From NCBI GenBank assembly GCA_039621445.1, contig CP154954.1:39021816-39085815 (forward strand): a stretch of DNA of 64,000 nucleotides, written 5' to 3'. The DNA comes from Euglena gracilis (Eukaryota). Positions within the stretch are counted from its first letter, which is position 1; each line of letters starts with the position of its first letter. Positions 36,656-48,263 of this stretch are shown piece by piece. The notes beneath the pieces were generated by a model that was given only the letters and a program-made list of their open reading frames with translations, did no database searches and was not told where the DNA came from. Both the position numbers and the translations under genes were made by a program.

Positions 36656-38416
36656 CCCTGCATACTTGGCTTTTTTTGTTTTGTTTTTTTAAAAAAAACA
36701 AAACAACGTGTTTTTTTTTAAAAAAACGCCAAAAAAAACATTAAAAAAACAAAAGGAAAATTTCATTGAAAAAAACTCGTCATGAAACACCCAAACCATA
36801 CTGCGAATCCTACTAAGTTCAAAAATTGCCAAAAAAATGGTCAAAAACATCCAAACAATGCAAAAAAATGCAACTTTAGGACTTTTTTCATTTTTTGTTT
36901 AAGGAAATTTTTGGCAGAAGTGCCCCAAAACTTGCCAAAAATGATTGAAAATATGCATTCAAAAATTTTCCGAGCAAAACCTTGTTGGCGTTTTTTTTGT
37001 TTTTTTCTTAAAAAAAACATTGTTAGAATTTTAAAAAAAAACAATAAAAACAAAGCCCCCCCCAAAAAACAGATTGCCAACTATTATGCGGCCCTGCTGC
37101 CGTGATGCGGAAACCCCTGCCCCGGGCCAGTTTCCAGTGGTTCGATCATTTCTTGGGGGGTGTTTCCCCCGCGCCCCCCCCCCCCCCGCGACCCCCCCCC
37201 GCGACCCCCCCCGACCCCACCCTGAGCCCAATTCGGGCTTCCAAAAAGTACTAAAAATTCGCATTAATTAGGAATTTGCCGCTCAATTAGGAATCAAAAA
37301 TTCGAAAATTTGGTCCCAAATTCCTAATTGGACCTATTTTCGGACCCAAATGGCACGCAAATTCCTAATTGGGATCTAAAATTAGAAGACAGGATGATGT
37401 CACACGAGTCACGCATGACCTGCCGCGAAACCCATTTCCCCCCCGCGACCCCCCCCCGACCCCAAAACCCCCTTGGCTCCTTGAGCCAACCTGCGTCGGA
37501 AGTTTTTTCCCATTCTGCCCCCCCCCCTGCGCCGAAACTGGGCCATCATTTCTAAGGATGCTAGGGATTAAAGAGGGTGTCACTGGGATCTCCAAGGGGG
37601 GTACCTTTGGGGTTACAACCCCTCCCGGCCCAAATGAACCGGTGAGAGCCAACACCAACTGCCCCCGTTTGCTAATTGCAATAAGGGCACAAATGCCAAC
37701 CCCGCTGCTATTTCTGTTCTTATCCTAGTGGGATTACTATCGCACAAAGTGCAATGGAACAGCCTTATTATGTGAGGAAAAGACTAGCAGTTCCAATGGA
37801 GCAGACACAACTGCATTGTGAGGTTGATCACCGACAGCCAGCAGCTGCTGCAGCCCCCCATCCACGCCATGCCCCGATCGGTACTTGTTCGGCAAGGGGC
37901 CGCCAGTGAAGTTTTTCTAAGTCGGAATTTTTAGGGTTATAAAAGGAAGGTCAGGTGCGCACATGGCCATTATGCACCACCTGGCCATGTTGGTCAAAAT
38001 TTTGCCATTCGGGGGGGTTACACCTGCCAAACCCCTGAATTTTTTGCAAAACTTTGACAATTTTCAGCTGTTAATCGGGGCATGGAGGTTAGGCAGGGGG
38101 GGGGGGGCTTCGCCCCTAAAGGAATTTCAATGGAGAAACTGGGGACAATGGGGGGGGTCCTGCCCGAAAAACCCAAAGTTCACCGCCTGATCTCCCATGG
38201 GGGGGCCATGCAATTTTTTGACGACCCCCGGGCGGGAAGGGGGGGGTCACTCCACTTTTTTAAAAACCAGTCAGTCACTCATTCTTTGGAAAACCAGCCA
38301 GTCAGTCAGTCAGGGGGGTCGGCCACTCAGAAAAACGGCCACTTTTCCGGGGCCACTCAACCTACCTTTGCCCACTCCTGGGGCTGGCTCCCGGATATGG
38401 CCTGGGGGGGGGGGTA

Positions 38417-38915
38417 GTGGGGGTCGACCATGGTCGACCCACGGTCGCCTCGGTCGCCCTCGGTCGCTCTCGGTTGGGGGGGGGGTTGTGGGGGGGTCGA
38501 CCGAGGCGACCCTGGGGGTCCCCCACCCCACGGAGCTTTGGCAGGGGGGGAGGGGGGGGTCCTGAGGTCAGTTTTTTTTTTTGCATTTTTGGCACTTTTT
38601 GCTGTACTGTCTCGACACAGGGGGGGGGAGGGTCCTGGGTTCCCAACTGTACTGCCAACCCCCCCCCTCAAAAATTGGCCAAAAACCGGCGCTAAAGGCG
38701 CCGGAAAAAATTTTTAAGGCCTTTTTTTGGTCTAAAAAGGTCATTTTTGGTGTCAAAATTTTCATCTGTCTCGGACGGTTCGGCACTGGGGGGGGGGGTC
38801 CCAAAAATCACAACTGTACAGGGGGGGGGGCCCCAAAAAACCCCAACTGTACTGCCGTCGCCCCCACGGCGGAAACCCCCCCCCTAGTCGGGGGGCGACC
38901 ATGGTCGACCCCCAC
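38417..38915. mobile_element. MITE-like element with palindromic TIRs
   Basis: gtgggggtcgaccatggtcg ... cgaccatggtcgacccccac. Confidence 0.7.
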
Positions 38916-39179
38916 CCCACGACGGGAAACCCCCCCTGGTTGCCCCCCAAAATAACAATATCCCTTGTGGGGGCGGCTGGCCGTCCGTCCGTCCGAGCCG
39001 TCCGGACCTCTTCAGCCGGACCTATGCTGGATACCCAGCCGTCCGTCCGGACGAAGCATTTTTTCGTCGGCCGTCCGTCAAGCCGGACCAATGTCTATTC
39101 CGTCAGCCGGCCGGACCAAAAAAAAAACAATTCCTCCCTTCCAAAAAACTCCTCGCCTCAAATCAGGAAAAACATGAAA

Positions 39180-39254
39180 TCGCCCCCCGGCGGGATTCGA
39201 ACCCGCGACCTACCGCTCACACGCTAACCACACGACCGCTATGCTACAGGGGTC
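39180..39254 (-). pseudogene. tRNA-like sequence (tRNA pseudogene or SINE head)
   Basis: GACCCCTG-TAGCATAGCGG...AGGTC-GCGGG-TTCGAAT-CCCGC-CGGGGGGC: good T-arm, A/B boxes and a plausible acceptor stem, but the anticodon stem does not pair. Confidence 0.6.
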
Positions 39255-39925
39255 GGTGTCATTCTCGTCCGTGTAATTTTATGAAAATTAAAAAAGCTTC
39301 AAAAAAGGGGGGTTTTTGCGGTTGAGGAACCCAAAAAATTTTAAGTGCGCGTTCAATTTTCAGGTTGAAAATTTCATTTTTTGAAAATTTCATCAAAAAA
39401 GCTTCAAAAACTTAAAACTAACACACAAGAACATGGACAACAATCAAGGCCGCACGAACCAATTAAGAAAAGCAAACCAATCTGCAATTAATATGCAATT
39501 AATGAAAAAAAGGCACACCTTCAATTGACTTCAAAACACTCCATTCAAATCCAACTTTGGTAATTGAATCTTTCTTTCCATTGAAATCAACTCTGTCTTA
39601 ATCTCAATGTCCTGTGAAAATGAACCAAATGAGCATCATTTGCTCAATCATGAACTAAATCCCTGTGGCTCCCATTCATCATCCAAAAGATGAACAATGA
39701 AATGTGCCAGATGTAGCATGAAAGATGCACAGAAAGATCCAGATCACTGTCCAGAAGAAAACCATCACAGGATTTGTTGGAATAAATATTTGTCAAAAAA
39801 AACATTTTGAAGGCATGCCACAGACAAATGAAATGATGCCAAAGTATGCTGGAGCTGCATACATGTCGCCTACAAAAATGTTTGGCAGTTTATAAACACT
39901 CCAGAAGAAAAGCAGCCTGTGTAAC

Positions 39926-40881
39926 CAGGGCTGGATAGAGGTAGAGGTAGAGGTCAAAGTCCTCTACCTCTATCTGACCCACCTCTACCTCTACCTCTAC
40001 CTCTATGTCACCTCTATGTCCATAACAGGGAATTTCTTAAGCCGGAGGGTACCCTACCCCCCGGGGGGGGGTCCAGCCAGCCAGCAGCTCAAATCCAGCC
40101 AGCAGCCCAAATTCGGGCTGGGAGCCCCCCCCCCCCCGGGGTCGAGTGAAATAAAGTCGGGTCCAGCCCGGCCGGAGGCCGGGCCAGCCGGCCGAAGGCC
40201 GGCCCAGCCGGCCGCAGGCCGGCCAGCCAACTGGGCTGTCCAGCTCACTTATCCCTACATTTTTCCCCCTCATCACAGCCCCTCCATTACAGCCCCCCAG
40301 CCTTGATCTAGCTCCACCCATCAAAATGTCGAAAATGGCCAAAATGTATTAGAAAATTTTGTTTTTCCTCGACCCAGCCCAGCCCAGCCCGCTCCAGCCC
40401 CGGACCCCCCCCCCCCCCCCCCCCCCCCCCGGGGGGGGGGGTCCAGCCAGCAGCTCAAATCCAGCCAGCAGCCTTTTTGCCAGCCGGAGGCTGGACCCCC
40501 CCCCCCGGGGGGTCCTTAAGAAATTCCCTGGTCCATAAAATGTCATAAACTGGCACCAATAAAGGCCACAAAAGGCTCCAAATGCCTCAAATTTGGCCAA
40601 TTAGCATCTCAACGCATCTTATTTAGGTTAGGAATGAGAAAAATATCCAGATGGGTGGTTTCAAAAATTGTCATAAGAGATTTGTAACAAGAATGGCCAA
40701 TTTCTGATTTTTTCCATAAAATTGCCTTCGTTCGGCATCAATTTTCTTTGATTAGCCACTTTCCTCAAAAGTTTGACCTTGAGGTGACATAGAGGGATAG
40801 TAGAGGTAGAGGTGACCTCTACCTCTACCTCTACCTCTACCTCTACCTCTACCTTTATCCCTCTACCTCTATCCAGCCCTG
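39926..40881. mobile_element. MITE with (GAGGTA)n subterminal repeats
   Basis: TIR cagggctggatagaggtagagg; flanked by a 7-bp direct repeat gtgtaac. Confidence 0.88.
40026..40530. mobile_element. MITE nested in 39926-40881
   Basis: Perfect 16-bp TIR cagggaatttcttaag; perfect TSD gtccataa; internal ccagc repeats. Confidence 0.95.
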
Positions 40882-40899
40882 GTGTAACCCAACTGATTT

Positions 40900-41245
40900 G
40901 GCGGGCAAATCCCTTTTTTTTGCCCAGCTATTCGAGGGCCCCAAAATAACAAAATCCCTTGTGTTACCCACCCGTTTCGGGGGGGCAAATCCCTTGTGTA
41001 ATCCAACAATTGGGGCGTAAATCCCTTTTGTTGCCGAACTGTTCGATGGCCCCAAAATAACAAAATCCCTTGTGTATTCCAACTCATTTGGGGCGTAAAT
41101 CCCTTTGGTTGCCGAACTGTTTGAGGGCCCCAAAATAAAAAAAATCCCTTGTGTTACCCACCCGTTTTGGGGGGGCAAATCCCTTTTGTTGCCCAACTGT
41201 TCGAGGGCCCCAAAACAACAAAATCCCTTGTGTTACCCACCCGTT
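40900..41245. repeat. Short array of the 78-bp satellite
   Basis: Same unit as 48848-64000. Confidence 0.9.
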
Positions 41246-41749
41246 GTGCTGTGCGCGGTCCGAGGGTGCCCGCCCCAAGGAGGGGTCCCAAGGGGGCCCA
41301 AAGGGGCCACGAAGGGCCGCGAGGGGGGCTCCAAGGCCCCCAAGGGCCTTTTGACGCCCCACTGGCCCCCAAGGGGGCCCCACAGCCCATTTTGACCAAG
41401 CCAAGGGAAGGTAAAGGAGGGGGCAGTTTGAGGGGGCCAACAGGCAACCCCCAAGGGGATGCGCAAGCCCTGCTGGGCTTTGCGCAAGCAAGCGCACCCC
41501 CTTGGTGGGCGCTTGGGATGGCGCAATTCATTAAGAATTGCGCAAAGTATACCAAGTAGCCCCCCCCAGCTGTAGCCCCCCTCCAATTGTACATTTTCTG
41601 TTCACGGGGCTCTGTTCACACTCTGTTTTGTCTGACATTTGGCGTCAATTGTTTTGCATTGCAAGCCAATTCAAAGTACAAAGAAATCAAGGAAAGTTCA
41701 AATAGCAAACAAGTCCAAGGCATTGACCAGATTATTCAATCAAGTTCAA

Positions 41750-42682
41750 GGAGGAGCCCAGATAACCGCGGTGTAACCGCGGTGTAACTGCGGTGTAACC
41801 GCGGTGAGAACAAGAACAAGAGGGGTGTACCCCTCGCAACCCCCGCGACCCCCACATGGAGGGTTTCCGCATCCCAGTAGGAGCCAAAAAATGGCACCTA
41901 ATTAGGAATTAGCACCCAAATTAGGAATCAAAATTGCCAAAATGTGTGATAAATTCCTAATTGGATCTATTTTTGGACACAAAAGTTCTAAAAGTAGGTC
42001 ACATCTGACGTTGTGTGTGAGGTCACACAGGTCACACGTGACCCGTCAAAACTGCCACGTCCCCCCCCCCCCCACGCACCCTGCGACGTTCAGCGAGAAG
42101 GGTTAAACTGTTTGCAAGAACCTTAACCCTAACTCGACTCCTTCAAATAACCTCATAATGACCCGTTTCTGGCCTCAAGAGAACTGACTTGGCGTTTTTA
42201 GAAGTGGGTCATTTAGCAAAGGAGTAAACCCCCCAAATAACACTCCCCCCCCAAATTTCATCCCCCATATAACTCCCCCCCTCTGTGGCTGATTTTGAGC
42301 GCCAAAATAACACCCCCCTGTTTTCCTTTGGTTTTCCATGTGTCAAATACCACACACACCCAAATAACACCCCCCCCCCCTTAGGGTGGTGACTGAAATT
42401 TCCGGCACTTGAAATTTCACCGAATTTCACGATTTTTTACTTATCTTTCCGACCACTTTTCACCAATGTCACCACCCTACCCCCCCCTGGGGCCCCAGCT
42501 CATCCAAAATGAACACACCTTATTTGGGGGTTACCGTTTTTGGGGGTCTTACTTTGGGGGGATTTCCCATTTTGCCGACGCCCCCGAAACTCTGCCTCCA
42601 CCACCTTGCAAGGCACCTTGCCCACGTAACCGCGGTGTAACCGCGGTGTAACCGCGGTGATAACCGCGGTGTGGGCTCCTCC
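41750..42682. mobile_element. TIR element with 11-bp subterminal tandem repeats
   Basis: ggaggagccca ... tgggctcctcc; 3-4 copies of taaccgcggtg at each end. Confidence 0.7.
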
Positions 42683-42874
42683 CAATTGAGTGGACCCCAA
42701 AAGTATGTATTTTTCCACTTCTGCGGCTTCACCTACACCAACACCAACCCCTTCCCCACTTTTTCACCAAGAGGAAAACCCTGTGGGCCCGACGGGCTCA
42801 AATTTAAACGATCCTACGCGGGTTGCGCCGCCAGGGGTCCCTTCACAGGGACCTCAGGAGGGGCAACCCCAACA

Positions 42875-43360
42875 CCGTTTTGGGGGGCAAATTCCTTTTG
42901 TTGCCCAACTGTTCGAGGGCCCCAAAATAACAAAATCCCTTGTGTTACCCACCCGTTTTGGGGGGGCAAATCCCTTTGGTTGCCGAACTGTTCGAGGGCC
43001 CCAAAATGACAAAATCCCTTGTGTTACCCACCCGTTTTGGGGGGCAAATCCCTTTTGTTGGTCAACGGTTCGAGGGCCCCAAAATAACAAAATCCCTTGT
43101 GTTGCCCACCCGTTTTTGGGGGGGGGGCAAAACCCTTTTGTTGCTGAACTGTTTGAGGGCCCCAAAATGACAAAATCCCTTGTGTTACCCACCCGTTTTG
43201 GGGGGGGGCAAATCCCTTTTGTTGCCCAACTGTTCGAGGGCCCCAAAATAACAAAATCCCTTGTGTTACCCAGTCGTTTTGGGGGAAAATCCCTTGTGTT
43301 ACCCACCCTTTTTGGGGGGCAAACCCCTTTAGTTGGCCAACGGTTCGAGGGCCCCAAAAT
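42875..43360. repeat. 78-bp satellite array (left of the insertion)
   Basis: Same unit; ends at ...gccccaaaat. Confidence 0.92.
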
Positions 43361-43362
43361 TA

Positions 43363-43470
43363 TAAGAAAAAGCGGGGTCCGATCACGATTCCCGGTGGAG
43401 AAACGGGGGGCGCCGTAGGCCCCCCTCGTTTCTCCACCGGGAATCGTGATCGGACCCCGCTTTTTTCTTA
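43363..43470. repeat. Near-perfect hairpin (arms about 45 bp)
   Basis: aaaaagcggggtccgatcacgattcccggtggagaaacg / cgtttctccaccgggaatcgtgatcggaccccgcttttt. Confidence 0.95.
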
Positions 43471-45634
43471 AAACCGTTAACCAAAGTTCACGGGCTTCCT
43501 CGCAGTAGGCAAACGGGTGAACTTGGGCCGTTCACGGGTGCCGTAGTGCGCACCAGTGAACGGAATTTCCGTCTACGGCTGCCGTGCGTGCACCCGTGAA
43601 CCGACCACGGTTGCGCAAGGTGTTACCCGTGATCGGAATTTGAGATTTTTGGGTTTTTAACATTTGTGTTTCTGTCTGTCTGCTGCTTTTCCCCACAGTC
43701 CGATGAAGCGTTTTGCCAACATGATGGAAGCACAGATGCCCCGCCCCCCCCAACGTAGATGAATTTCTGGCTGTTTTACGTGGTGCCGGCTCCCTAGGAG
43801 CTGCTGAAGTGGATGCCCTTTTAGGCAGTCTCCCCACCGGTGGTCAAAATTGTGACCTGGGCCCCAAGAACCATGCCGCAGTAAAGTGTTTTTTGGAGTA
43901 TATGGATGTTTGCAACCGGCATGGCGTTGTTTTTGGCTCTTTTGACGAAGTTTTGGTGGGATGGGCCAGATGGTGCGTTGATGCTCGTGAACTTTTCAAG
44001 ACGCAGCAGGAAGCCGATGCCTGGGTCCAGACAAGGCAGGAGAAGGTAGGAAAAGATGGGCGCCTTCGCTCCATGCCAGTGTCCAGTTTTCGGACCTATG
44101 TAAACGTATGTAGACGTATTATTTTGTGTGTGCTGAGCTGCGTCACGCGCCGAAAAAGCGTGGATTTGTCAGGGTTGTCGTTGAGTTATCCGTCCTGTTG
44201 TTCCTCTGACCATGCCGAAAGGCATCTCGAGCATGTGCCTCGCACCGAAATTTAGTTTGCCGCGTGTCAAGCCCTATGGAGACAAGGCACAGGGGGGGGG
44301 AGGGGGGGTCCGAGGGGGGTGGTTGGAAGCTGTACAGGGGGGGGAGGGGGGGGTCCCCAGAAAATCGCAACTGTACTGCCTACCCCCGAGACAGTTGCGA
44401 CATTTTTCGTCCAATTGAGGTTGTCTTCGTTGTGCATACCATTCCCCCCCCATAGTTAGTCACCCCCTTGGGAGGGGAATTTGGCCAAGGTGACTAATAG
44501 GAGGGGGGGGTGTAAGAACTGACTAACTGGGGGGGGGGGGGGCAATTTATGCCTAATTTTTGCCCCCTACCCCAATTCTTGGGTGTTTCAAGGTTGTCTT
44601 TTTGGGCATTCCGGGGCAATTTTCATGAATGGCAACCATCAAATAATTCCGATGGCCAAACTTGGTGGTTTTTTTTCAAAGAAAAATATTTCCCTCCAAA
44701 AAATTGTTTTTGCCTGGGGCCCAAGGGTTACTAATAGGGGGGGGGTCACTAAATGGGGGCAGGGTTGACGTTTTTTTTGTTTTTTTTAAAAAAAACATGT
44801 TCTTTTTTAAAAAAAAAACCCAAAATGTTATTTTTTAAAAACAAAGCAAAAGTTGACTTTTTTCCTTGCGGAATGACCATTTTTTTTAGGAAAAAGTTTT
44901 GAAGTAATCTTTTTAATCATCAAAGTGACGTTTTTAGTTTTTCCAGACCTTTCATCCAAAAATACTAAAATGATGGTTCATGTGAAAGCCAGCGCCCTTT
45001 ATGGACTACGAAGCTGCAGAGATAAAAAAATGACCTTTTTCCTTTTTAAAAAAATGTGCAAAAAAAATGGTGCATTTCCACATCCAAAACAAAGAACGCA
45101 TTTTTTTTGGGCAGCATTTTTTTTTTGGGCATTCTTTCAAAAATGGCCCAAAATGCATCCCAAAAAATGTGATGGTCAAGAAAATCCTGACAAAATTTCC
45201 TTTCAAAAATGAAAAAAATGACCAATTTCGGACAAAAAATTTTTCATCTGTCTCGGGGGGGTTGGTTGGAAGTGGGGGGGGAGGGGGGGGTCCCAGGAGG
45301 GGGGGGGTTGGAACTGTACAGGGGGGGGGGAGGGGGGGTCCCAAGGTTTGACCAACTGTACTGCCTTGTCCCCTATGCCACCTCTTGCATTCCTGCCCCC
45401 ACCCCTCAAGTTCACCAGGTTCGCCATTTGTTTCAAATCCTCTTCCCTACTGCGTAAATGCTTTCCCTTTTTTTAATGTAAAATTCCGTCCACGGCTGAC
45501 GTCTGTGCACCCGTGAACCGACCACGGGTGCGCATATGTGAAAACGGGGTCCGTTCACGGGTGCCGCAGTGCGCACCCGTGAACGCACCCCGTTTCCTCA
45601 CGTGGGGAAGCCCGTGAACGGTTAACGGTTTTAA
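43468..45634. mobile_element. TTAA-bounded TIR element carrying a disrupted ORF
   Basis: ttaaaaccgttaacc..gttcacgggcttcc / ggaagcccgtgaacggttaacggttttaa; interrupts the 78-bp satellite. Confidence 0.85.
43703..44255 (+). pseudogene. Element-borne ORF, possibly a tyrosine-recombinase N-terminal (core-binding) domain; one apparent frameshift in a C run
   Basis: Pyrimidine tract + cag|tccgATG at 43703; MKRFANMMEAQMPRPP/NVDEFLAVLRG...KCFLEYMDVC...EVLVGWARWC...MPVSSFRTYVNVCRR has normal protein composition; the domain call is by eye only. Confidence 0.45.
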
Positions 45635-46830
45635 CAAAATCCCTTGTGTTCCCCAACCGTTTTGGGGGGCAAATCCCTTTGGTTGCCGAACTGTTCGAGG
45701 GCCCCAAAATAACAAGATCCCTTGTGTTACCCATTCGTTTTGGGGGGCATATCCCTTGTGTTGCCCACCCGTTTTGGGGGGCAAATCCCTTTGGTTGCCG
45801 AACTGTTCGAGGGCCCCAAAATAACAAGATCCCTTGTGTTACCCACCCGTTTTGGGGGGCAAATCCCTTTGGTTGCCGAACTGTTCGAGGGCCCCAAAAG
45901 AACAAAATCCCTTGTGTTACCCACCCGTTTTGGGGGGCAAACCCCTTTGGTTGGCGAACGGTTTGAGGGCCCCAAAATAACAAAATCCCTTGTGTTACCC
46001 ACCCGTTTTGGGGGGGGCAAATCCGTTTTGTTACCGAACTGTTCGAGGGCCCCAAAACAACAAAATCCCTTGTGTTACCCATTCGTTTTGGGGGGCAAAT
46101 CCGTTTTGTTGCCCAACTGTTCGAGGGCCCCAAAACAACAAAATCCCTTGTGTTACCAACCCGTTTTGGGGGGGCAAATCCCTTTTGTTGCCCAACTGTT
46201 CGAGGGCCCCAAAATGACAAAATCCCTTGTGTTACCCACCCGTTTTGGGGGGGGGGGGCAAATCCCTTTGGTTGCCGAACTGTTCGAGGGCCCCAAAACA
46301 ACAAAATCCCTTGTGTTACCCATTCGTTTTGGGGGGGGCAAATCCCTTTTGTTGCCGAACTGTTCGAGGGCCCCAAAACAACAAAATCCCTTGTGTTACC
46401 CACCCGTTTTGGGGGGGGGCAAATCCCTTTGGTTGCCGAACTGTTCGAGGGCCCCAAAATAACAAAATCCCTTGTGTTACCCATTCGTTTTGGGGGGGGC
46501 AAATCCCTTTTGTTGCCGAACTGTTCGAGGGCCCCAAAACAACAAAATCCCTTGTGTTACCCACCCGTTTTGGGGGGGGGGCAAATCCCTTTGGGTACCG
46601 AACTGTTCGAGGGCCCCAAAATAACAAAATCCCTTGTGTTACCCACCCGTTTTGGGGGGGCGGGGCAAATCCGTTTTGTTGCCGAACTGTTCGAGGGCCC
46701 CAAAATAACAAAATCCCTTGTGTTACCCACCCGTTTTGGGGGGGGCAAATCCGTTTTGTTGCCCAACTGTTCGAGGGCCCCAAAACAACAAAATCCCTTG
46801 TGTTACCCATTCGTTTTGGGGGGGCAAATC
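45635..46830. repeat. 78-bp satellite array
   Basis: About 15 units. Confidence 0.95.
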
Positions 46831-46839
46831 AGTGCCAAA

Positions 46840-48263
46840 CGGTAGACTGGGGGGGGGGGGTAGTGGGTAGTCGGCCGACTAGTCGGCCGACTACCCAATT
46901 GGTCCACCGACTAGTCGGCCGACTAATTGGTCGGTAGCTAGTCGGCGGGGGGGTAGTGGGTAGTCGGCCGACTAGTCGGCCGCCTACCCACTCTAATGTA
47001 CTAACCAAAACCGCCGACTTTTAAGCCCCCCCCCCTGGGAAAAAAATTTGTCTAACTCACCTCAACGCCGGTCAAAACCCCCCCAAATGGCTCCAGAACC
47101 CCCCAATCGGGGGGAATCTGCAAAAAATTGGGGGAAAATGTCCTTTGGGCCACTTTTGACAAAATACACCTCTCCCCATGAATTTTCAATATAAGTCAAA
47201 ATTTGCACAAAAAAGGGTCTTACCCTCCAGTCTACAACATAGAAGGGATTTTGTTATTTGAGGGGGGGGGGGGGGGGGGGGGCGGAGCCCCCCCGCCTAT
47301 GCCAAAGTGAGCCACAAAACGACTTAGCCCCCGAGTATGTTGCCAACAGAGAAGGGATTTTGTTATTTGAGGGGGGGGGGTGCGGGGGGGGGAGCCCCCC
47401 CCGCCTATGCCAAAGTGAGCCACAAAAACGACTTAGCCCCCGAGTATGTTGCCAACAGAGAAGGGATTTTGTTATTTGAGGGGGGGGTGCGGGGGGGGCG
47501 GAGCCCCCCCCGCCTATGCCAAAGTGAGCCACAAAAACGACTTAGCCCCCGAGTATGTTTGCCAACAGAGAAGGGATTTTGTTATTTGAGGGGGGGGGGG
47601 GGGTGCGGGGGGGGCGGAGCCCCCCCCTCCCTATTGCCAAAGTGAGCCACCAAAAAACGACTTAGCCCCCGAGTATGTTGCCAACAGAGAAGGGATTTTG
47701 TTATTTGAGGGGGGGGGGTGCGGGGGGGGCTCCCCCCCGCCTATGCCAAAGTGAGCCACAAAAACGACTTAGCCCCCTATGTTGAAGGGATTTTGTTATT
47801 TGAGGTTTTCTGCCTCTCGGATGATTGCAGTTGCATTTCTGTTTTAATGTAACCCTGTTTCATCTTTTTTACCCCTCCGGACCCCCATCAAGGGCACACC
47901 CGACCCCCCCCCGGACCAGAAGATCCATCTGGGGGTTTGTGGGCACGCGCTGCTCTTGGTATTTTGACCATCCGGGACCATTTCCGTTTCGATGCTCTTG
48001 ACCAAAGAAAGACCGCCGACTAGCCACCGACTAGTTTCCATTGGATTTTGTTCATGGGGGGGGGGCTTAAAAGTCGGACGGTTTTTGACCCCGTTAGTCA
48101 TTAGAGTGGGTAGTCGGCCGACTAGTGCCGACTACCCACTATTAATAACCCCCCCCCCCCTGTCTCGCCGACTAGCTACCGACTAGGACTAGTCGGTGGA
48201 CCAATTGGGTAGTCGGCCGACTAGTCGGCCGACTACCCACTACCCCCCCCCCCCAGTCTACCG
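46840..48263. mobile_element. Foldback-like element with ~200-bp TIRs built from tagtcggccgacta palindromes
   Basis: 46840-47035 is an imperfect inverted copy of 48056-48263; termini cggtagactg / cagtctaccg; no clear TSD. Confidence 0.85.
47232..47805. repeat. Minisatellite, about 118 bp x5, inside the foldback element
   Basis: gaagggattttgttatttgagggg...gccaaagtgagccacaaaaacgacttagcccccgagtatgttgccaacaga. Confidence 0.93.

Noticed and set aside
45363-45457. HQVRH as a tyrosine-recombinase HxxR motif
   Set aside because: The frame stops 9 codons later with no catalytic Tyr, and it cannot be linked in frame to the upstream ORF.
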